Below, piece by piece: positions 16,376 to 25,700 of a stretch of DNA of 43,514 nucleotides. This stretch comes from an uncultured Clostridia bacterium (lineage in GTDB: Bacteria > Bacillota > Clostridia > TANB77 > CAG-508). The position numbers were made by a program, and so were the translations under genes. The stretch's first letter is position 1. Each line of letters opens with the position of its first letter. The stretch is from assembly GCA_944391895.1 (NCBI GenBank), contig CALXVF010000001.1, positions 1-43,514 on the forward strand. Direction: 5' to 3'. The notes beneath the pieces were generated by a model. It ran no database searches, was not told the DNA's origin, and was given only the letters and a program-made list of their open reading frames with translations.

Positions 16376-16477
16376 AAATTCACCAATTTTTTTCTATTTC
16401 AAGCGAGCGAAAGCTTGGAGTAAGCTGTGCGCCACGTCCTCGTGGCGTGAAATAAGAAAAAAATATTGGTGAATTTT
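16376..16477. repeat. Copy A of a GC-core element nested in a long AT-rich hairpin; fills the lemA/tatD convergent spacer
   Basis: The arms AAAATTCACCAATTTTTTTCTATTTCA and TGAAATAAGAAAAAAATATTGGTGAATTTT pair with two bulges. The core at 16402-16447 contains the box GCGAAAGCTTGGAG (16407-16420), a 5-bp AGCTT/AAGCT hairpin and a 7-bp CGCCACG-tcct-CGTGGCG hairpin. Confidence 0.6.
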
Positions 16478-16478
16478 A

Positions 16479-17258
16479 TTATTTAGCTATTTGAAAAACT
16501 CTTTCTGCATTTTCATATGTTAATCTTGCAATTTTTTCTTCACTCATTCCTTTGACTGAAGCTATTTTTTTCACAATATATTTTAAATTTATTGAATTAT
16601 TTGTTGTACCTCTAACAGGTTCAGGTGCTAAATATGGACTATCTGTTTCTATAAGCATTCTATCTGTCGGTACCATTTGTATTATTTCATCAGCATTTTT
16701 TGAATTTTTAAATGTAACTGGTCCTGCCATAGAAATATAATACCCAAGTTTAAGTGCTTCTTTTACTAATTCTCTATTTAATGGACAACAGTGGAAAATT
16801 CCTTTATTTTTTACTGTTTTTTCTTTAAGCATTGTAATTGTATCCATCACTGCATCTCTAGTATGAATTACAATCGGTAGTTCATATTTATTAGCTATGT
16901 CTATTTGCTTCGAGAATGCCTCATATTGGATTTTTTTATCTATATCATAATGATAGTCAAATCCTATCTCTCCAACCGCCAAAATCTTTCCTGAGTTCAA
17001 ATTGTCCATAATAATTTTGTCTATCTCTTCTATGTCTTGTTGCCAGTCTTCACCTAAATCATTTGGAGATATTCCTGCTGTTGTATATATAAATGGATAT
17101 TTTTTTGATAATTCTAGGTTTATTTTTGTTCCTTCTAAACTATATCCGGCACTAACAATTCTTGTAACACCTTCATTATATACTTTATTTATGATATCGT
17201 CTCTTTCTTCATCAAAACGATAACTATCATAGTGTGCATGTGAATCAAAATATTCCAT
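16479..17258 (-). CDS. tatD: TatD family metal-dependent DNase/hydrolase
   Basis: N-terminal FDSHAHYD, EIGFDYHY, VIHTRDA and ETDSPYL motifs. Confidence 0.9.
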   Translation of the reverse strand: MEYFDSHAHYDSYRFDEERDDIINKVYNEGVTRIVSAGYSLEGTKINLELSKKYPFIYTTAGISPNDLGEDWQQDIEEIDKIIMDNLNSGKILAVGEIGFDYHYDIDKKIQYEAFSKQIDIANKYELPIVIHTRDAVMDTITMLKEKTVKNKGIFHCCPLNRELVKEALKLGYYISMAGPVTFKNSKNADEIIQMVPTDRMLIETDSPYLAPEPVRGTTNNSINLKYIVKKIASVKGMSEEKIARLTYENAERVFQIAK

Positions 17259-17267
17259 TTTTCCTCC

Positions 17268-17628
17268 TCATTCTATTACTGCTACTGCTGTAGCCACTGC
17301 ATAGTCTTTTATATGTGATATACTTAAATCCACTTTTACATTAATATTTGTTTTTACATAAGGTCTTCCATTTTCATCATTTAATATTTCTACATCTTTC
17401 CAACCGTATGCTAAATTTATTATCTAATTTTTTTGATATTGCCTTAAATACCGCTTCTTTTGCAGCAAATCTAGCAGCATAATGTTGGTATTTCATTACA
17501 TTTTTTTCTTCACAATATTCAATTTCTTTTTCTGTAAATACTCTATTTAGGAATTTATCTCCTAAGTTTTCTATACTTTCTTGTATTCTTTTTACTTCAA
17601 TTATATCATTTCCTACATACACATTCAT
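17268..17628 (-). pseudogene. acpS: Holo-[acyl-carrier-protein] synthase interrupted by a +1 frameshift
   Basis: Frame 1: MNVYVGNDIIEVKRI...AARFAAKEAVFKAISKKLDNKFSIRLERCRNIK*. The shifted frame continues with the canonical AcpS C-terminus NLAYGWKDVEILNDENGRPYVKTNINVKVDLSISHIKDYAVATAVAVIE*. Total length is 361 nt (3n+1). The shift sits in the AAATTT run near 17413-17419. Confidence 0.75.
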
Positions 17629-17629
17629 A

Positions 17630-18406
17630 TTACGCAATCCAATTTCCAAGATTTATTGTTCCTATTATTATTAATACGATTAATAATATTATAGTAATTC
17701 TAAACATACTATCATGGCTATCTAATCTAGTATTTTTATAAAATAAGTCAAATTTGTTTTCGACAGATATATATAATTTTTCTATTCCTAGTTTTTCTTC
17801 CCATTCATCTATCTTCTTATTTTCTACTGCATTATCAGTTATTCTTTTTGTATAAATATCTTGAACAAAATCTACAAACAATTTTCTGTTCCTATTAAAC
17901 ATTTCTTTGTTTTCCATTATTTTATCTAATTTACTTAGGAACACAAATTTATATAAAACCAGAATATAGCTATATATCTCTTCCTCCTCAGCAGATATTT
18001 TAAATGTTTTGCTTTTATCTATATTGATTTCTTCAATGTCTTGTAAATAATTACTTTCTATTATATCCTTTTCTACTTCATCTCCTATTATGAACCCGAT
18101 TCCAGTTGAAAAGCATACAATTTGAGTACCATCTTTTTCAAAAATAGTGCATTTGTAATTATTACATATAGCAGCTCTAGTTTCGACATCCATTTTTTCA
18201 AATTCTTTGCTATCTTTTATATTAAATGTCCAAAACATATATTCACGAATTACAGGAAGATAATATTTAAATATTTTACTATCTGTCTTCTTATTCCAAA
18301 TTTTAATTTTATAACCTGTAATTAGAAGTTTCTGATAAAATTCATGATAATATTTTGTATTAATCAAAATAGGTTTTATCTTATATTTATTTTCACTTTC
18401 CATCAT
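17630..18406 (-). CDS. Hypothetical protein with C-terminal transmembrane anchor
   Basis: Long ORF with AAAGGA upstream and a stop 1 nt before the acpS ATG. C-terminal hydrophobic segment ITIILLIVLIIIGTI. I recognise no motif. Confidence 0.5.
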   Translation of the reverse strand: MMESENKYKIKPILINTKYYHEFYQKLLITGYKIKIWNKKTDSKIFKYYLPVIREYMFWTFNIKDSKEFEKMDVETRAAICNNYKCTIFEKDGTQIVCFSTGIGFIIGDEVEKDIIESNYLQDIEEINIDKSKTFKISAEEEEIYSYILVLYKFVFLSKLDKIMENKEMFNRNRKLFVDFVQDIYTKRITDNAVENKKIDEWEEKLGIEKLYISVENKFDLFYKNTRLDSHDSMFRITIILLIVLIIIGTINLGNWIA

Positions 18407-18423
18407 TCGTTTTCCTTTCCGTT

Positions 18424-19950
18424 TTATTCATTTTCATCTGTGTAATAATTTGCGTTCAAATCTGGTGCTAAATGCCATTTTCCAATAAAACTAATTACAG
18501 TATTTTGATTTAAATCATATGATGGAGAAACTACAACTTTTCCTGTTTGATCAATTGCTCCCCATTTTCCATTTGATTTTACTGCTGCATATCCATAATA
18601 ATTTTGTTCAGTTGCATCATCATAAATGTAATCAACAATTACGACTCCATTTTTGTCTACAAATCCATATTTTCCATTTTGTTCTGATAAGAATAATGTA
18701 TTTGTTGTAAATACTTCCGCTGCTGTTTTTTCTTCTAATCTAAAGTTATAATATTTATAATCATCATCGACTCTTACTTTTACATAACCATTTGTTCCAT
18801 TTATTTCTGAAACAATTCCAGTTACTTTTACTTCAAAATTATTATTTAGTAAATCTGTCTGTCCATCTTCTCTATCTGCTTCTATGAAATTCTCATCTTT
18901 CATATAAATCATATTTGTATAATTGAATTCTACTAAAGTTTCATTAGCTAAGTTGATAATTCCATATTTTCCATCTTTTTTAGCTATATAATTTTCTCCT
19001 GAAACATATGATAAATCTTCATATGTAGCCTCTACTTTTGTATCACCTTCTGTTCCCATTATTCCATATTTGCCATCATTAATTATTATCATATTATTTC
19101 CATCAATACTTTTTACATCACTAAATTTATTTTCTACTTTAGTTTGTCCATTTGTATCAACTACCTTTAGGCTACCATTTTCTCTAACTACATATAATTC
19201 ATTTCCGCATGCTGGTAATATTTCTGAATATTTACACTCTAAAACTTGTTTTTTATTATAGTTAATTAATCCATAATTTCCGTTTTCATCTTTTACTACA
19301 TATCCATCTTCATATCTATTAGTTAAAGCTTCTATTTCTGTATATGAGTTTTCTATTATTACATTTCCACTATTATCTACTAATCCATATTTTCCATCTT
19401 TACTTGTTAGTAAGCTATTTTTTACTCCTTTAAGAGGAGTTATTGAATCATATTCACAAGCTAATAATTCTTTTCCTGCAAAGTTTATAAGTCCATATTT
19501 TCCTTCTTTTGATACCTTTAAAGCATTTGTATCATAACTAATAATATTACTACTATCTATATTTTGCAATGCCTCTACTTTATCATAGCCAGAAAATAAT
19601 TCTTTTGATTTGTCATCTATAGCTTTTGAATCATATGTATTATTCTCTAAATCTACATTTGATTGATATATAAATACGGCTTTTGATGGGTCTGGAATTA
19701 TAATCATATCATCATATGTTGGTTCAATTATGGTTTCACCACTTGAATTTATAACTCCCCATTTTCCACCTGAATATACCGTTATATATGAATTTGCTAC
19801 TACTTTTGTTTCTACATCTGATTCTGGTGTAGCAAACTTAAATATAAGCACTATACACATTATTATAACAATTAATAATATTAAAACTGCTAATACCTTT
19901 TTTATATTTAATTTAGGTTCTCCATCGTATCTTCTACCGCGGCCTGCCAT
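18424..19950 (-). CDS. WG-repeat (KWG-type) protein with N-terminal membrane anchor
   Basis: Repeated units GKWGVINSSGETIIEPTYD, GKYGLINFAGKELLACEYD, GKYGLVDNSGNVIIENSY and so on. Start at the ATG at 19950 after GGAGGT. Confidence 0.75.
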   Translation of the reverse strand: MAGRGRRYDGEPKLNIKKVLAVLILLIVIIMCIVLIFKFATPESDVETKVVANSYITVYSGGKWGVINSSGETIIEPTYDDMIIIPDPSKAVFIYQSNVDLENNTYDSKAIDDKSKELFSGYDKVEALQNIDSSNIISYDTNALKVSKEGKYGLINFAGKELLACEYDSITPLKGVKNSLLTSKDGKYGLVDNSGNVIIENSYTEIEALTNRYEDGYVVKDENGNYGLINYNKKQVLECKYSEILPACGNELYVVRENGSLKVVDTNGQTKVENKFSDVKSIDGNNMIIINDGKYGIMGTEGDTKVEATYEDLSYVSGENYIAKKDGKYGIINLANETLVEFNYTNMIYMKDENFIEADREDGQTDLLNNNFEVKVTGIVSEINGTNGYVKVRVDDDYKYYNFRLEEKTAAEVFTTNTLFLSEQNGKYGFVDKNGVVIVDYIYDDATEQNYYGYAAVKSNGKWGAIDQTGKVVVSPSYDLNQNTVISFIGKWHLAPDLNANYYTDENE

Positions 19951-20061
19951 CTTTACCTCCATATACTTTTATTCATATATAATATATCAGTTTTATGTGT
20001 TTTTTTCAATAGATTTACAAAAAAATTGAGCTTCAAGGAACATCCTCAAAGCTCACATATC

Positions 20062-22509
20062 TTATTTTTTCTTATTTACTTTAAAAGCAATTACACTCAT
20101 ATCATCTCTAGCTTTTCCGAAATCATTATCAATAGCTTCGTGAAGTATAATATCTGCTATTCTTTCTGGACTATCAGTTTGTATTTCTTCTAGTAAATAT
20201 TTTACCCACAACTCTTTATTTGCATATTCGCGGTTTGATTCTATTATACCATCACTACAAATAACCACAATATCGCCATCTTCTAAATCTTTATCATATG
20301 TATCAATATTTATTTCATTTACTATTCCTGTTGGTAATGATTCTGATTTTATAAGTGTTACATTTTTATTTCTTTTAATATATGTTGGACAAGCTCCATT
20401 TTTTAGGATTTCTATTTTTCCATCATATAAATCCAATATTTCTATATCAAGTGTTGCATACATTTCTTCTTTATTTGCATTCATAATTGCGGCATTAATT
20501 AAATTTATAGATGTTTCTTTATCAAATCCAGAGCTTAATAATCTTTCCAACATACTTATTGCAATTTTACTATTTCTTCTTGCATCTGCTCCAGAACCCA
20601 TTCCATCGCTTATTGCTAACAAATATTTACCATCTGCTAATCTTAACTGAGACATATTATCTCCTGAAACAATAGAATCGTCCTTTTTAGCTTTTGCCAC
20701 ACCTGTTTGTAATATATATCTATCATCTGATATATAAGTATAAGCACAAACATTTTTATTAAGTCTTATTCCACATTTTTGTTCTTGAAGCATAAATTTA
20801 TCATCTAGCACATTTGATATAACTTTTTCTATTGGTTTAATTGGACATTTCTTTCCATTTTCATTATCACAAATATCTGAATATATATTTACTATATATC
20901 TTCCATTTTTCTCTTGTTTTATGTTTAAATCTTTAATGTCTACGTTCTTTTCTTCTAGTAGAAGTTTTATTTTCTTTTTTTCTTCATCATAGCTTTCTAC
21001 TTTTTCTTCCATACCATTTGCTATATCTTTTATAGCATTAGATACAGTTTTTAATTGCATTGATAAATTTTTATTATTTTCTTCAAGTTTCTTTTGCCAA
21101 ATGAAATTATTTTTACTTATTCTATATGCAATGTTTATTGCTTTTATCATATCTCTAATTTCTTGCAATTCGCTATCCTTTGCTCTAGGATTTTCCGAAT
21201 TCATTAAATATATATTATGCTTTGCAAATATACTAATAATTCCATTTTCAGTCATAACACCGTTTTCCAACAAATTATTTAATATATCTTCTATTATGTT
21301 TCCTTCATTGTTGTATATATCATCATATAGGGCATTTCCTTCTAAACCATCTAAACTATTTAATAGCTCGTCCTCAAATACCTCTAAATTTTTCTCATAT
21401 GTTTCATTTTCTTTAAAGTTATTTGCCATTTCAGAAATTGTTTTTGATATACTTGTTAATTTTGAAAGTGCTTCTTGACTTTCTTCTAAATTTCTTCCCG
21501 CTTCAGGCAATAATTTTGTATCTGGAATAACATCTTCTATATTTATTTTTGCTCTTTTAGGAACAAATAATAGTCCTACAGCTGCAATTAAAATTTCTTG
21601 AAATAAAATTATGTTATCTACTCCTCCACTCGCAGCATATGCAACAGCAATGTTTCCAATAATAAATCCAACAATAACTCCTATTTTTCCAAATCTATTA
21701 AGAAGACCTGCTATCATTCCTGAAATCGCGAATGCAGCAATTAATATCTCTTCTCCTCCACCAATTATGCTAAGTACGACTCCTACAGTTATTCCACTTG
21801 TAGCTCCAACTAAAATTCCATTTCTCCATCCTAAATATAATACTATGAAAATACATATAATATTTTTTAGAGAAAATGAAAATATGCTAAGGTCTCCTAG
21901 CGCTGAAACTGCTATGGCAACAAGCAGACTTGCTCCTATTACTTCTTGGGCAGAAAATACTTTCTTGATTCCGTATTCACTAATTACTGATAATGAATTT
22001 ACAAATATTTTATAAAATATATATGTAGTAATGCTTATCATTATTGCAGTTAAGAAGTCATAAAAGTAGAATCCTGTGAATAATATGTATATTAGTTGAA
22101 CTAGAAAAACTGATATTGCTAAATTTCCACCAATTTTTACTCTTTCATTTGCATCAATATCATTTCTTTTTGGTTTAGTAATTATAACTGACAAAAGAAC
22201 TAATAATGAACTAACTATATATATAAGCAATCCATTTATTCCAAAACCTATGCCTGTACCAATCAAACTTGCAATATATACCATAAACAATGGCAGACCT
22301 CTACTTATGCTAGCAGCAACTAATGCTATGCCAAATGGAGCGATTATTGCTCCATCTCCAAATCCCACCATTGATATTAATAAACTTAAAATGTATACAG
22401 CTATATTCTGTACAGTAAATATTTTTTTAGCAGCTTCCGAATAATTTTTTCTGCTTTCGCTATGTATTTCTTCATCATATCCTAATTCTTTTGAAATATT
22501 TTGTAACAT
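20062..22509 (-). CDS. spoIIE: Stage II sporulation protein E (polytopic membrane PP2C phosphatase)
   Basis: About 10 N-terminal TM segments, a central linker, and a C-terminal PP2C domain (ISDGMGSGADARRNS ... VVICSDGI ... DDMSVIAFKV). Confidence 0.9.
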   Translation of the reverse strand: MLQNISKELGYDEEIHSESRKNYSEAAKKIFTVQNIAVYILSLLISMVGFGDGAIIAPFGIALVAASISRGLPLFMVYIASLIGTGIGFGINGLLIYIVSSLLVLLSVIITKPKRNDIDANERVKIGGNLAISVFLVQLIYILFTGFYFYDFLTAIMISITTYIFYKIFVNSLSVISEYGIKKVFSAQEVIGASLLVAIAVSALGDLSIFSFSLKNIICIFIVLYLGWRNGILVGATSGITVGVVLSIIGGGEEILIAAFAISGMIAGLLNRFGKIGVIVGFIIGNIAVAYAASGGVDNIILFQEILIAAVGLLFVPKRAKINIEDVIPDTKLLPEAGRNLEESQEALSKLTSISKTISEMANNFKENETYEKNLEVFEDELLNSLDGLEGNALYDDIYNNEGNIIEDILNNLLENGVMTENGIISIFAKHNIYLMNSENPRAKDSELQEIRDMIKAINIAYRISKNNFIWQKKLEENNKNLSMQLKTVSNAIKDIANGMEEKVESYDEEKKKIKLLLEEKNVDIKDLNIKQEKNGRYIVNIYSDICDNENGKKCPIKPIEKVISNVLDDKFMLQEQKCGIRLNKNVCAYTYISDDRYILQTGVAKAKKDDSIVSGDNMSQLRLADGKYLLAISDGMGSGADARRNSKIAISMLERLLSSGFDKETSINLINAAIMNANKEEMYATLDIEILDLYDGKIEILKNGACPTYIKRNKNVTLIKSESLPTGIVNEINIDTYDKDLEDGDIVVICSDGIIESNREYANKELWVKYLLEEIQTDSPERIADIILHEAIDNDFGKARDDMSVIAFKVNKKK

Positions 22510-22542
22510 CCTTCACACCTCTTACTTTTTTAATTTACTACT

Positions 22543-22575
22543 ATTTTAATCTCTGCCATTTGATTTTTTTGTCAA
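22543..22575 (-). promoter_or_regulatory. spoIIE promoter candidate with an over-long spacer
   Basis: Minus sense reads TTGACA (22575..22570), a 21-nt spacer, then TAAAAT (22548..22543). It lies about 34 nt upstream of the spoIIE ATG. Confidence 0.4.
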
Positions 22576-22664
22576 ATTTAGTACCGAAATTTAAAAAAGT
22601 ATCTTACACATTGTGATATTTTTTTACTTATTTTACCCTAAAATCCCTAAAAAAACAATATGTT

Positions 22665-22697
22665 TACAAAAAAACGAGACTAGAATTCTAGTCTCGC
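22665..22697 (-). terminator. Rho-independent terminator of the surface-protein operon
   Basis: Perfect palindrome CGAGACTAGAATTCTAGTCTCG at 22675-22696, followed in the minus sense by TTTTTTTGT. It begins 7 nt after the stop codon. Confidence 0.7.
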
Positions 22698-22703
22698 TAT
22701 TTT

Positions 22704-25700
22704 TTATTTATTTTTTAGTACTTTCTTTCTAATTAAGAATATACTTCCGCCAATCAATACAGCTATAACAAGTCCTATTACAATCCACATTACGTAATTT
22801 CTATTAGCACCTGTTGGTGGTAATATTAATACTTGTTGTGAACTGTCTGCGTCAGGTTCTTCAGGTGTTACTAAGTCTGATTTTGTATAAATACCTTCAT
22901 CAGGATTTGCTGGGTCTCCGACGCCTAAGCTTTGGTTTGCCATTGCTTGGTTACCAACAATAGAGAATTTCATTCTTCTACCTTGGTCATTAGACACTTG
23001 AACCATTTCAGCTAAGTTATTGTATACCATACTGTCATCTCCACTATCTGGAGTTAATGTTGAAGATAACATCATTTGAGTTGATACATTTGCCGTACCT
23101 GAACCAAATGTTTCTGGATATAGGTTTGTATCACCTAAAGCCTTTGTTGTTGTAAGAGCATTATATGTTCTTAATGTATCTGTAAATTTAGTGCTTACTA
23201 AGTTCGTATTATCTCCTATATTTGTTCCAGTATTAGTATTTTTAATTAAGTCATCAACTGTTCTAATTGACCATGTAGAATTATTACTATTTGTAGGTAA
23301 GAATTGAAGGTTATTAGATACATAATCTACTACAGTATCTGCTCTTGATGTTGATACATTATTTAAGTCATTTGGAGCATTTGATACACCTGTATAATAG
23401 AATTGATTATCCATATAATCTACTTCACCTATATTAGTTACAGTAAATGTATATATTAACTCTATTCTAGCACCATACATTAATTCTTCGTCCATGTATG
23501 TTGTGATTAATTCTGGTGTGCTTTCTGAGTTAGCTCCCATTGTTACACCTATTAATCTATATGCAGGTCCGTTATTTTCATCTGGAACGCCTAGGTAATC
23601 TGCTATATGTCCTGTATGTTCTGCATATGATACGTTAGTTACAGAATGTCCTGTATCAAATAAAATTGTACCATCTGCTAAAGTAATTCTCATATTAGTT
23701 ACTTCTTTATCCATATTTAATTGTGCAACTGGTCTTTCTGCAAGTCCAAGGTCTATATCATCTATAACATATGACATTCCATTGTTATCTCCCTGGTCTC
23801 CTGTTTCTGTTCTGTTATATTCTATTTCTGTATTTATAACACCAGTTTGAGATGTCATTGCAGTATTATCCATTAATTCTTTTATCATAGAGACTTGGTC
23901 ATTAGCATTGTTGTTAGAATTTACTTTTAATCCTGCAGCTAATACTTCTGCTCTTGAATTTACTAATGTTTGATGTGTTTCTCCATCTATATCGGTTTTA
24001 CCACTAGAATAATTATTTGAACTATCTCTAATGTTTCCTACGTCTTTAGCATCTGAAACACCGCTTTGTGTTGCACTTTCGCCAATATTGTAATAATACA
24101 TTACATTCTTCTCTGTACCATCTACATTTGTAGCTTCTCTATCAATATATTTACTAATTTGATATTTTGAGCTGCTACCGTTTACTGGAGATTGGTTCTC
24201 ATTAATAGTGATATTGTAATTTTGTTCATCATATCTTGTATATGCGTCAACACCATTGTATGAACCTGTTTGACTTACTCCTGCTTGATATGTTGTACTC
24301 TTATAATCTTGACCATTATACGATTTAGCATTTAATCCTTCAGTTGAGATAAATCCTTGTTCACCATTAACATCAGTTGTTATTCCGTTTGATGTTAATA
24401 AGCTTACAACTTCTGAACCTTCTCCTGCACTTGTTGTTAATGTAGTTTGTGTTGTATCTCCATATATAAATCTTATAAAGAAGTCTCCGGCTGGTATAGC
24501 CTTAAATGCGTATTGTCCTTCTTCTGTTATATCATATCCACCAACTGCTGTTGCACCTGGTCCTGTGATAATTGGAGCTACTGTTCCAATTTGTCCACTA
24601 TAGTATCTTCTACTTCCCGAAGAACTTGAACTATCTACATCAACCCAGTTACCATTTTCATATCTCTTAGCATACCATACATATTCTCCTAAGTAGTTTC
24701 CTGTTGGACTACCTGCATCACTAGCATCAACTTCTTGTACTAATTCTACTAACTGAACTGTTACACCGTTAATTTTTGCTTCTCCAGAATCGTATCTACC
24801 ATTTCCTACTGCTGCTTTTCCTGAAGCTTCAGTTCTATTATCTTCGAATACATATCCTGTAAATGTTCTTTCATCTGCATCACTTTGTGGAAATACTAAT
24901 TTAATGTTTGGAGCCTTATCTGTATCATCCTCTGTTCTATTTGAAACTGGATCATCATCAATTATTAGGTCACCATCATTATCTATATCGTCATCACTTA
25001 AGTTACCAACACTTGAGTCTAAATCAATTACACCAGCAACGTCTCCTCCTACATCTTCATCTATAGTAGAATCTCCAGAATCTAATTCGTCTGGAATTGT
25101 TGCTCCATCTTTATAGTATGTTGAGTATCCATTTATTTCTGCAATATTACGTTTTCCAACGCCTTTTTCTGCGCCGCTGCTTACGTTTACATCCATTTGA
25201 ACACGTCCATCCATACCATTTTCGTCAGTATGTGTTTTAACTTTTAATGTTAGATATACGAATGCCATTCCTCCATTTGTAGGAAGTGCTTCATTTCCAT
25301 TTTCATCAGTTATTCCACTTAGGTATAATGGTTCATAGTAATTTGTAAGTGTTGTATCTCCTCTACCATTTGATAATGTAGTGCTTGTAGATACATCTAA
25401 ATCACCTATTCTATCTCCTGCCCTATCTCCTACATAAGTATTTTCACTAATTATTGGATTGTTTTCATCAAATTCATATTCGTTTGAGTCATAGTAATCT
25501 ACTATTTCATTTACTATAGTATCATATGATGCTGATTGATTTCTAACGGCTATTCTATATGTTACATATACTTGTAGGTCTTTAGCATCTGTTCCACCAT
25601 TTGCTCCATAAATACTTCCATCATATAGATATTCTGATTTACGTATTTCTCTAGTATAACGATAATCTCCATTATATAGATAATCTGCTGCTCTTACTGA

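Noticed and set aside
16402-16447. GC-rich cores (also 33858-33911 and 41041-41087) considered as tRNA or tmRNA fragments, or as a CRISPR-like repeat
   Set aside because: At 45-55 nt they are too short, and they have no cloverleaf or T-loop. B contains GGTTCA but no matching stem. The copies are dispersed singly more than 7 kb apart without spacer periodicity. They are therefore reported as a new repeat/RNA-motif family instead.
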